Assembly: GCA_020891255.1 (NCBI GenBank)
Contig: BQFW01000004.1
Span: 2,542,001-2,606,000, forward strand
Reading direction: 5' to 3'
Length of the DNA: 64,000 nucleotides
Origin: Entomortierella parvispora E1425
Lineage: Eukaryota; Fungi; Mortierellomycota
Below, piece by piece: positions 38,144 through 49,582 of the stretch (its first letter is position 1; the number at the start of each line of letters is the position of its first letter). The notes under the pieces were generated by a model. The model had not been told where the DNA came from and did no database searches. It worked only from the letters and a program-made list of their open reading frames with translations. A program made the translations under genes and the position numbers.

Positions 38144-40306
38144 AAGAGACAACAATCGAAGCCGCTTTTGGAAGTCGAGGCGTCTCCTCCTTTTGAGAGT
38201 GAGTAAATAAAAAATAGAGAGAGCACAAGCGGGGCTGGCACTGTCTGAATGACTGATGTCTCTTCCCACGGTCGCGGTCGTGAGCTGAAGGAGCCGGCTA
38301 TTTTCTTGCTTTGTTACTCAAAACAGAGTTTCTTTGAATGAGAGTCATCTGCGTCCTTGTTCTTCGTGTGAGGGTACGAACGGAGTTTGCTGGCACATGG
38401 GGACCAGGGCAGCAGGAGATTAAAAAAAAAAAAAAAAAAAAACGACCTTGGCTTTGTTTCTTGCCAATGGGGGAGGAGACGGAAGAACAAGGGACAGGGC
38501 GGGAGAGACAAAAAGAGTTATCAGATTGACCGTCACATGGAACCTGTGAAATCTGATAAGGACATACGGGAGGGAAAACTTCACTAAGATGTGCACACAC
38601 TCCCTCCAAAGGGGGGCAGAGCGCAGTGTTGGGTCGTGGTTGTTGTTGCGCGCCTGGAAGGATCAACAATCGATCGGAAGATGAAAAGCAGAGTGTGAAG
38701 AAAAGAATCTGATAAAAGGGGCAGATGGCGATGGCCCTCAGACTGGTCTTCTTTTTTCTCTTCTCTTCTCTTCTCCCTTCCTGTTTCGTTACTCCCTTTG
38801 ATTCCTTCCACCATCCTGTCCACTCTGTACTTCAAAACCCTTTTGACCCTCTTTTCCCCCCCGAGAAGAATACATCACTTTTCCTTTCCCTTTTTCATTT
38901 GTTCTCTTGCTCCACGCCTTTGAAAACGTTTACCTCCCTTCGCTACGCCATCTTCAAAGCAGTTCCCAAACAATCAGCTACAGATTGCTATCAGATCCTT
39001 CTTTTGTTATCCTTTGTCCCACTCGAGGAGTAGCGCCGATCAAACGCGATAAACACAAAGGTACACCATCTTCGCCATGTCGCAACTCGCAGCAGTCTTT
39101 ATCTACTTCACCTTCCCCAACGCCTTACCGCCAAGAGTCAGAAAAGGAGATTTTTGGAAGCTTAGTTTGTGCATTGAGAGTGGGAGGGAGCAGTGCCGAG
39201 GAGGAAACGTCTTTTCTTGTCCATGTCTTTCTGTTTACTTTTTTTTTTTTTTGTGTGCACGATGAGAGCCCGGCTTTTTCTGGTCCACGGCATCTTTTTT
39301 TTTTCTTTTATTATTTGACTTTTTCCCTGTCACACCCGGTTGGAGGAGACAAGAAGCCGCTCTCCACCGTTCCTTCAAGGGAGACTGTGGGATGTGGGGA
39401 AGGCCAAGGACAGTATCGGAAGAGAAGATCCCAGTGACGGGCCTACCGGAAGAGGCAGAGAAAGAGAGGAGACAAAGAGGAAGGAAACGGGGCCGATGAT
39501 CACAGGTTTTGTGGGTCAAACGCAGATAACCCGCAGTGGCGCACAAATGTCCACGGGGACGAACTTCCGATGAATACAACGGTGGGGCTACTGTATAGAA
39601 ATATCGGTGACCGGCAATTGGATTTATTTTGATTCCAAGTCCAGATCCAGATCCAGCAGGTGGTTCAGGTTCAGGTTCCTTGTTCATTTTTCGCCCTATT
39701 CCCCTGCAGGGTCTGGCTGGGAGGAAAGATGTTTCCTTCCGTCCATGTTTCTGCGCAGCTGGAGTTGAATATGGCCGTGGTGTGGGACAACGACAGAGAG
39801 AACTCTGGGGGGGGGGGATCAGAGACACAACGTTCATTCCAGCCTGCGCAACCAAGAGAGGATCAGAGGGCAGTCTCTGGATAGAGGCAGGGTTCAATTG
39901 ACGTATTCTTTCATCATCAAGAGTGAAGAACAAGAGTGAGGACAGGCTCACCCATGTGAAGAGGGAAGGGAGAGCTCTAATTTCCCTTGGCAGATGTACT
40001 CCAAAAAAGGGTGATCGAAGATGCGTCGACTCAGTGGATGACAATTTTCGCTGCTCCCCGACCCCGTCGTCGTCTTATCTGATTGCAGCACAAAACAATA
40101 CAAAAGGAACTCACCCCCCTCGTCTTCTTTTCCTTCTTTTTTTCCTTCCACTCCCAGTCTGCCCGTCCTTTCAGCAAAACAACATATTCAGATACCCCTT
40201 CCCACAGTCATCTTCACTCTCCTATCTTTCTCCCTCTATCTCTTGTAATACTTTCGCGCTCCCTCGCACCTCAACCTTCATCCATACAGCACACACATAC
40301 CAGAGA

Positions 40307-41918
40307 ATGACCCAAGCTACCGTCGAAGAATTCGAATACGAGGCTCTCCCCGAGAACGCCTCTCTCGCTGCCAGTTTGCTCGCCGGTGCCTTTGCCGGTG
40401 TTGCTGAGCATGCCGTCATGTACCCTGTGGACTCTATCAAGGTAACGTTACTCTCGATTCTTCCCGGATAAAAAAAAGCTACCTGCTGTGCAATAGGATG
40501 AGGCGACCTCAAGCAAGATCGAGATGGCGCAACAGTTGATGATCAAGGACATTGATCACTCGACATCAAGGATCATTCAGGACAGACAGGAAGAATCAGT
40601 TCATTCTGTCTCCCACACTCGATCCACGGGGGACATCTCTTCGTTTTTGTGCGCTCAGGTCGTTCTAATAATATACCATCTTCTCTGTACAAATACAACT
40701 CTATAGACAAGAATGCAGATTCTCCAGCCTACCCCCCAGGCAGCATATAGCGGCGTCATCAATGCAGCCTCGAGGATTACGACGACAGAGGGTGCCCGCA
40801 CACTTTGGAGGGGTGTCAACTCTGTGATCATGGGCGCCGGCCCCGCCCATGCCCTGTACTTTGCCACATATGAACACGCCAAGCAGGCTTTTGGCGGAAA
40901 CGGATCTGGACACCACCCTCTTGCTGCTGGTAAGAAACTTTTTGCATTCACAGCGTCCGATGAGAGGGAAAGAGGCAGAGGCAGAGAAAGGGAAAAAAAA
41001 GATAAAGGGGGAGGGGAGGGAGGGGGGACAGAAAAAGATTATCATCATGGCGTCAGATCATAATAATCACTGCTGGATGATCGAAAGGAAGACAACTCGA
41101 GCCCACTGAGCCGCTGCATTCTCATGCAAGTTCAGCAGGGTGCTGGGGGCGGGGAGAGCGGATAAGACGAGGACAAAAGTTGGTCACAGAACGGGCGCAG
41201 ACCTGTCCGCATGCGGCGGGAAGGGGAGGAAGGCTTCAAAGTGAACAAACAAGATTAACACAACGCAAAATATGGTTTGGACCGTTTCTGCTCTCATTAC
41301 TCACCGCGCACTTCCGTCTTTGTTCCTTGTCCCGCTGACCGATTAGCTGCTGCTGGTGCTTGTGCAACAGTCGCGCACGATGCTTTGATGAACCCATTTG
41401 ACGTGATCAAGCAGAGGATGCAGGTTCACGGTTCCGTCTACCGTGGTATCGTCGAGTGCGCAACCAAGGTCTACAGAGCCGAGGGTCTCCGTGCCTTCTA
41501 TGTTTCCTATCCCACCACCTTGACCATGACCATCCCCTTCCAGTCCATCCAATTCTCCACCTACGAGTACTTGCGCAAGGTCTTGAACCCTTCAGGAGCG
41601 TATGATCCTATGACTCACATTATGGCCGGTGGTGTCGCAGGAGGTGTTGCCGCCGCCGCCACTACGCCCTTGGACGTTGCCAAGACTTTGTTGCAAACCC
41701 GCGGCGAATCGAAGGATATCAGGATAAGAAACTGCAATGGTCTCGTTGAGGCCTGGAGATTGATCTACCAGCGTCAGGGTCTTGCCGGTTTCGCCAAGGG
41801 TCTTCAGCCCCGTGTATTGAGCCATATGCCATCGACAGCCATCTGCTGGAGTGTGTACGAATACGGAAAGTGGTTCTTGAGCCGTGACAACATGGACAAG
41901 CAGCCTATCATGATCTAA
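40307..41918 (+). CDS. MRS3: Mitochondrial iron carrier (mitoferrin, Mrs3/4); exons 40307-40441, 40707-40929, 41347-41918
   Basis: Three carrier repeats with PX[DE]XX[KR] (YPVDSIK, NPFDVIK, TPLDVAK), plus the mitoferrin-specific EYEALP and GAGPAHALYF. Confidence 0.93.
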
Positions 41919-42468
41919 ATCGACAGCTGAAGCCGTTACATACCATCTCCTCTCACCGTCTTTTTTTGTCCCGCCGCACACACGCACGCACTCTCTCTCT
42001 ACGTCTGTTTGTCTTCATGGCGTTTTGTCCCTCTCTTCTCTTTAATTTCCTTTTGTTCAACCTTTCCCATTGTCTTTTTAGTGTTCCTGAAAAAGTGTTT
42101 TTTTATATTTCTACCTTCCTCATCTTCTCTTTTTTTTTCAACCAACTCCCACCACCTTGTACAGTAAACAATAAAATAAGAAAAACCATTCCAAAAACAA
42201 AAAAAAAGTAAGAGTACCTCGGACCGTCAGCTCGAAGTCGAAGAATGAAAAGAATAGACGTGGACGCCACCAAATTTCAAATCGAGGTGTTGACGTCACC
42301 GAATTTGAAGGCTCCAGGACAAAGGGCCATCCAAGCGCGAATACGCGCTCCTTCTTTCTATATACCTACACACGCTACCAGCGACAACCCTTCGCACCAT
42401 TACACATCTACATCGTTTTCCACTTTTTCATCATCTGCTCTTTACTCATCCTCCAAATCGTGCCTCTA

Positions 42469-45400
42469 ATGGGATTACAAGATTGGTTCCCCTTTTTGCG
42501 CAAAAAAGGCTATGAACCTTCTGTCATTTATCCCTCCAACGTGAAGTCAACTATGACCGATCGTACAAAACGTCTTGATGTGCTGTCGTTTTACTCTATC
42601 ATCCGCAACGCGTACTCTTTTAAGGCACCCGAAGAAGCGCACCAGGCCCTTGAAGCAAACTTTTTGCGTTATGGCGGGAAGGATAAACTCATTCTTTACA
42701 TTGACGGTGGCGCAGCGGTGGAGAAAGAAGAGACAGCAAAAAAACGACAGGCCAACCGTGACAAAGCCGCTGAAAAATGCTACAAGAACCTTGACACACT
42801 CGAGCAACGAGTCACCAACAACCAAAAGGCTAGGAAGCGACATTTCGTCGATGTGAAGAAGAGTCTTGCATCACTTTTCTATTGGCCATCCTCAGTTCGC
42901 CAGGATTTCATCGATTACCTGATCAAGGCTGGATGGACTGTTCGGATATGTGAGACAGAGGCTGATGTTGCCATCGCGGCGGACTGCCGGCCAGAAGACA
43001 TTGTCATATCGGCTGACAGTGACATGCTTGCATATGGCACTATCTACACGCTCTGGCGACCCATCTCTCGCGGACTTCATCTGGCCTACAGTCGCGCAGA
43101 TGTTTGCCAGACTCTTGGATTGTCATCAGCTCAGCTCACGGCTCTTGCTTGTGTGGTGTCAAATGACTACGGCAGGAACATCTTTTCGCTTGGTCCAGTC
43201 ACCAGCCTTTCTGTCATCATGAACAGCAAGGGCGAAGGTATGAAACAAATGAGACGACTGTAATGTCTTGATTTGCCATCCCGTTCACACGTTAAACAAT
43301 AACTGTCGTCTTTAGATCCCAGGTCGATTGTGTCGGAATATCTGGAGCACGAGCGTGTCCAATCCAAAAACACCTGCGACAAGACATTTGAACTCGCTCT
43401 TCGAGTCTTTGCGGACCAGCTGCAAACGCCAAGCACTTGTCAGATATCAGATTCTGCCTACTCTTCCTTTAACGCTCTTCGCCAAAGATTTATGGACCTC
43501 TGTAAACGATATCAACAAAACAGAAGTCTCCAAATGACTTTCAACAGCAGGTAAAGCCTATTTAACAGCTCAGGATTCAAGATATGAAAGGAAATGAGCC
43601 AATTTTTGTATTCATCATACTGTTTTGATAACTATAGCAACTCCATGGATATCATTCGGTTGCGATCATCGTCAACCAGCAACCGCTACAAGACGATAGA
43701 GTCACCTGCAATACAGCACTCTCGCCTGACACGGGCACGTATCACCATGCCGCCTCCGGTTGAGCAGCCTCAAGACTCGTCCATCTCACACGGCAACCAG
43801 ACAGGAGAGGCACTACACCCAGCACTTCAAAGAACACGAACCCCTCGCCATCAGCCAAGATACTCGTTCAAGTCAAGGAAAGGGACCCAAGAGCATCCAC
43901 GACCCCCAATGATGAAGCAGCTTGCATACAAACCATACAAGGAGCCTGAGACTAAGCGCAAAAAGGAGACATCCGCTCCAAAGGATCCACCTACTTTGAA
44001 GACCTTGTCAAAATCTACGGCTGCAACAGACAAGCTGGCGATAACTCGACATTTGGCCTATCACCACCCAACAAGTTCATTGAGCATTGGTACTCTGAAG
44101 GCAAATATCAGACTTGCGCTTCCTAACCAGCTGGACCTGCAGCAGGAAGTTATGGAGGTCATTCAGGGGGCGACAAGCGAGGCAGCTCGAGTGAAGCGTG
44201 AAGCTCAGAGGCTGATTGGCTGCTATATCGAAAAACTGGACAAAATTGGAATCGACCACATCAGCTCTGTAGACAAGGAAATCCTGCGCCACCTCTGTCA
44301 ACCTGTTAGTATGGAGGACGTGAAGGATACTGACGACATTGCTGCGGATGAGGAAGACGACAATCAGATCAACGGTCTTGTGGACGCTGAACTTGATCCC
44401 GACGATGGAGAACCTGAAGTAGAGAGCGACGATAGTGACCTGCAACCACCAAGCACGAGCACAACAAAAAAAAAGAAGGATGACAAGGTCCAGGCACCAT
44501 TTATCTGGAGCTTTCTACGAGTAGTGTACTCTGGAAAACGACCGAGACCCTCTTCCATGGGGGACAAGGTCAATGCATTTATCGATCGTCTCACGGAACT
44601 TGGAATCTACGTCTCGCCGTCCGTTGATATCAACGAGTCAAACATGCCCTTTACTCCCACGGATCTTGTGCGCTCAATGGCCACGCAGCTGAAGGCTGAG
44701 CTTGAAAAGATGTATAAGCATGGGACATGCATACTTCACAATAAGGTAAGATGTGAAGAATATCTGAGAATACCTTGATATCCATAATGCTAACCATAGC
44801 CACGTTTCCGATCTATTTATTCTAGCTCAAGAAGGCTAAGGATCTCGGGATTTTGGATATAAACACACAGATCCTCATTCGAGATGACGTCTCCGCAGTT
44901 GAAAACTACGTTTCGCTCAACAAGTTGATCCAACAGCCCCGGAGAATCGCTCCCATGACATCAGTAGAGCAGCCATTTGTTGGGTTTACTGAGCGAGAGC
45001 TGGCGGGATTTTTCATGAAAAGAGGAGGCGATCTCAAAACATCGTTGACGGAGCTAGCATCTAATGAAGGGGTGGCTCCGACTATTCAGGATGTGCAAGA
45101 ATGGGTCGGGACCAAGGAGCCCGGTTATCTCTTGAAACGTTACCTTGCCGATATCGACCCCTCAGATCTCACAAGTCGCAAGAAAGGCAAGGCAGGACAT
45201 CGTGCAGCAATCAAGCTCATGTCACTCAAAGCTCTCAGGAGGCACCTTCGCATGCTAGATGATCCAACATTCGACCCAAAGGACTATACCGTCAAGGGAT
45301 ATGTATCTAGGGGCTCCATCCTTACAGATGGGTTCAGAGTATACTTACTTGCCTATAAGCTTCGAGAGCTTCAGTGCGTCCGATACCGGCGGCTTCCCCC

Positions 45401-46854
45401 CGATCGTCTTCCACCGAGAATATCATCCACAGTTGGGGAAGCCGACTCCTATTTGCAAGAGATCAGAAATGTTGTCAAGGACGACATGGATTTCGAGAAG
45501 CTTTGGCCCGGTGCGCGTCCAACGGATATCAAAATCTTGACTCTAGATGCCGGCCAAGCGTTCGTAGTTGGGGCGTACGCATATCTACCTGGCAGGAACG
45601 GAGCTCTATCTACAACAATGGACATATCGGTGGATCTGACAAGACCAACAGATGCAGAGCAAGACGGCCCCGTTCACCTCAATCTTGCTGTTAACCAAAA
45701 GGCGGTAATGCAACCTGTATTTCGATACCGAAGATGGCTAAACACAGAGAAAGGCGTTGTCACGGAGGCTGAACCGTCATCTATATCGGACATCGAATCG
45801 AACCTCCCTCCTCTTCAAGGCTCACAATCAAGCGTGGAAGAGTATGTCAAAAAAATAGAGGAGGTCGAAGAACGCCTGAGCACCTTTTATAATGGCCGAA
45901 ATAGGCGGTTTAAAAGGCATACCTGGGACATGAAACGAGCCAAACATGCCGAGTATCAGGCAATCGCCGAGAGGTTGCTACGAATAGTGGGAGGGACTAC
46001 CGGACGACATCGCGACCCAAACAACCATGTTATAATCGGAGTCGGCTTGGGGCAATTCAAGAGCTCCAGTCGACTGTCATCTCTGCACTCGTCATTTCTT
46101 GATTATTTCATCCCCCTGGTAAGTCAAAAACAATTCACCATGACCAGCCTTCTCTGGAGCAAGTAGCACAGTCCTGACAAGTGATAACTTATTTTGTTTT
46201 TTTTTCAATTAGGCACGCTCCCTTGGTTACTTGGTGGTAGGCATCAACGAGTATTATACTTCGCAAAAGTGCCCCAATTGTCACAACTTCATTGCTCGAG
46301 TAACCATCCGGCAGCTCTATTGCACGCATTGCAAGCATTTTCACCACCGGGACATTATGGCGGCAGAGAATACGGCAATGATTGTGCGGGAGCGTCTTGA
46401 GAAGCAAGAAAGACCCCTCCACCTACAGCCAGTGACAGAAGATGGCAGATACCCCTGGATATCCGAATCAGATGAAAACACAGGGGACAGTCATGTTACG
46501 GCCAGCACCAGCGTAAGAGGAGGCAGGTCCAAAGCGACAAAGACCGGCAGCCGTTCGAAGGCACGGGCGTCTTCTACCGTCAAAAGTCATGGTAAAGGAC
46601 CCTCCGGGGCTGTCAGTCACAGTGTTTCTATGACCGAGAGTGAAGCCAGTGCAGCTGCAAGTGCAAGTTCCCGCAGCAAGTCTCACGCGTCGAAGAGGCA
46701 AGCTGCTATTGGAGAAGTGACAGACGCGGTGGACACCCACAGCTCATTGGAAATGAGCAGTATCGCCCCGTCTGACGGCCCCTCCAGATCAAGAAAGCGA
46801 GCATCCTCCCTCAACCTGAGCCAGGAAGCATCCAAAATGGCGAGGGAGCTTTAG
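42469..46854 (+). CDS. XPG/FEN1-type 5' nuclease fused to a Fanzor/TnpB-type RuvC-Zn-ribbon nuclease, 1348 aa; exons 42469-43237, 43316-43550, 43638-44745, 44826-46118, 46213-46854
   Basis: Four GT-AG introns (78, 87, 80, 94 nt) join into 4047 nt with no stop. N-terminus: MGLQDWF, LDV, YIDG..EK, CETEADVAI, VISADSDML, SNDYGRNIFSLGP. C-terminus: ILTLDAGQ, VIIGVGLG, GINEYYTSQKCPNC, CTHC, HRDIMAAEN. Confidence 0.85.
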
Positions 46855-46900
46855 TAGACAAGGCTAGATTTTTTTGTGTGTTTGGACCCACACACCACAT
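46806..46900 (+). ncRNA. Candidate 3' part of a Fanzor omegaRNA overlapping the ORF end
   Basis: 7-bp stem ctccctc/gagggag enclosing two small hairpins, with further hairpins after the stop. The position matches known Fanzor omegaRNAs, but this is structure by eye only. Confidence 0.3.
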
Positions 46901-47085
46901 TGCTGATTGGGGCATAGTTTATGCTATAATTCGTCCAGTGACGTCATTACGGCGTGAGTTGTCCTCCTTTCAACTGGAAAATCGCCCAGAATGTTATTTT
47001 TTTTCTGATCTTGGTGCCTGCCTACTGCTCCATCTGCTTGACTCGCCTCGCTCATTTCCATTCACAGCCCGCATACTCGCACATC

Positions 47086-48602
47086 ATGATGGACAACTCC
47101 TCGACCCTGCACCTGGCCTTGCCAGCTGTGCACACCGTTGCCAGCGCCACTGCCCCCATCTCCTACATTGCCCAGCCCAGAGCCTTCTCCACCAGCGTCA
47201 ACCCTCTGGTGTTCTTCAGCGTTCTCGATCACTACTTGCGCCGCAATGCTGGTCAGGACAGAGTCATCGGTACCCTCTTGGGTGTCCGCAGCGAGGATGG
47301 TTCCGAGGTCGAGATCAAGGGATGCTACCCCGTCCCCCATCTCGAGTCCCAGGACCAGGTAATGCTCAAAAACAGCTTCAACATTCCATGCACTGGACCA
47401 GTCGACAAACACGCCCTTTTACCCCTTGGACACCGTAGAATATCAGCAACCTTTCCCTCCTTCACCCCTCGCCCTTGCGGCTACTCCAGGAATCAATTAT
47501 CAACACACATGGGCCATGAATAATCCTCTCGATAACTCGAAACATGCCCGGCCCTGTGTGATGCTCTCAGGAACTATCTCGATCCAGCAGTTTGTTAATA
47601 TTCAGTACTCTTTGCATCTGATCGTTAGGTCGAGGTTGATATGGAATACCACCGCACCATGTTTGATCTCCACAAGCAGGTCAACCCCAAGGAGGTCATT
47701 GTTGGATGGTAAGCGTTAAGAAGAAGCGTCAATTGACAACTAAAGTCTGGAGCACCCTGATAATCATTGGGGGTGCATACTCGTTTTCAAGCAATTGCAA
47801 AATCGAGTAGAGGAGGAGCCGTGGGGCCGACAGCGAATTAACCCTGATTTTTCTGAATCAACAGGTACGCCACCGGAGCCGACCTCAACTCTTACTCGGC
47901 TTTGATCCACGACTTTTACCAGAAGGAGGTTTCCTCTTTCCCCGCCGTTCACTTGACCATGGACACTGCCCTGACTAACGAGCGTTTGGGTGTCAAGACA
48001 TATATCTCTGCCCCCGTCGGCATCACATCCAAGGCTGACAACTGCATGTTCATCCCCATCCCCTGCGATGTCAAGTACTTCAAGGCCGAGAGAGCTGGAC
48101 GTAAGTTGGAGATCAGGAAAAACCCAAAATCAGAATGTGGTCAAAATGTTGGCGATTCAACGGCGATCTCTTGAAGTGGAGAGGGAGATCGTATCGTATC
48201 ATATGTTATTTGTCGATATATACTTACGCTTCATCCCTCCTTCTCTTGGACGCCATTATTTTTACAATAGTCGAGCTCCTTGCCAGCACCAAGAACTCTG
48301 AGAGCGGCTCTACGACATTGCTTTCGGACATGGACAACTTGGAGCGTTCGATCGTTGAGGTTCAGCAGATGTTGGAGCGTGTGTCGGAATATGTTGATTC
48401 AGTCCTTGCAGGAACTGTGCCCGCCAACAACACTGTCGGTCGTTACTTGATGGACACTGTCAGCGTTGTGCCCAAGGTCGATGCTGCCGAGTTTGAGAAG
48501 ATGTTCAACTCTCACCTTCAGGATCTTTTGATGGTCATCTACTTGGCCAACATGACGAGAACCCAGTTGGCTGTTGCAAAGAGACTCGAGAAGTTGATGT
48601 AA
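47086..48602 (+). CDS. EIF3F: Translation initiation factor eIF3 subunit F (MPN domain); exons 47086-47358, 47629-47708, 47865-48100, 48271-48602
   Basis: SVLDHYLRR...RVIGTLLG...[41 protein letters not shown]. Confidence 0.93.
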
Positions 48603-49582
48603 AGGAAAGGAGGAAAACAAAAGTTAGACCCCCAACCCCCCAGAAAGAGGAAAAGAAGAAATGTTGCCAACTGCTACTTTGTCGGGCGTAGAGTTGGTTC
48701 CTTTTCTTTTTTTGCATTGTAGGATTAGAATGCCCATGGATATCATTCACCAAAGAAAAACACAATATCTGTCCAAAATACAAACCAGATAATATCATTT
48801 CATATATACCTGTCTTGCATGAAGACGAGTGAGTGAGTGAGTGAGTGGGTGCACTGGGCTTTGCACTCGCGTTCAAAGGAAGGCACCCATGATCGCGAAG
48901 TCACGTGATAACAATTTTTTGATCTCGATCAAGCCACCTCCTCCGCCAGGCATATCAGAGGTGTGCAGACAGGTGTTGTAGGGTCCTTCTTTCTATTCAC
49001 GATAATTGTGAGTCCGCGGATACTGGATGAGATTAAAGCTCTGGAACCATTCATCCATCGATACATCATGGCGATGACGGATCCATCCAACCCAACAGCT
49101 TACCCACCATCATAAGGAGACACCCTACGTCGACTACCGTCAACAGATCAAAGGATTTCTGAAAGTCTCTTTAGAGGCACACAATGGCGATCCATGGATG
49201 AAAGTTCATGGGATGAATTTCATCCAACTCTGTGGTCAACCATGAGCTTCCCCCCCTTTCGACAACAACACTCTTTTCCCTTGTAGTCTGACAAAGGCGA
49301 TGTGGCACCAAGCCAATGCGTCCGGCTACGGATTGCATGGCTTTCAGAAAGGGATGTCAAGCAAAAGGGGAGAAGGCTCATGGATGTCCCTTGGAAGAGA
49401 GATTACCAACATCTGCTACACGTCAAAAGCAGGAGATACAGCCTACTGGACGATGTCAGGATCATTCACCATCATTCATTACCGAGGAGCAGACTGATCA
49501 CAGCACAATCATCAATCACCACTCGAAAAAAAGACAAAAAGTCCAAGCGACTAATCAGCGTACGCTTTTACCTTGTAGAAAA

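Larger units (their letters stand above)
42220..46900 (+). mobile_element. Putative Fanzor-carrying element or domesticated derivative; boundaries approximate, no transposase
   Basis: TnpB/Fanzor-family gene wedged between two housekeeping genes. No clear TIR or TSD was found. Confidence 0.35.

Noticed and set aside
37810-40250. ORFs including the 269-aa minus-strand ORF 39235-40044
   Set aside because: Low-complexity promoter/UTR sequence between genes, with no domain signal.
46862-46897. Hairpin followed by CTAG on the minus strand, resembling a Helitron 3' end
   Set aside because: The orientation would put the element to the right, over the eIF3f promoter, and not around the Fanzor gene. 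There is no Rep/helicase in the window.
48880-49290. Coding-like fragments between eIF3f and RPL2
   Set aside because: Multiple stops and no recognisable family, so it cannot be called a pseudogene.
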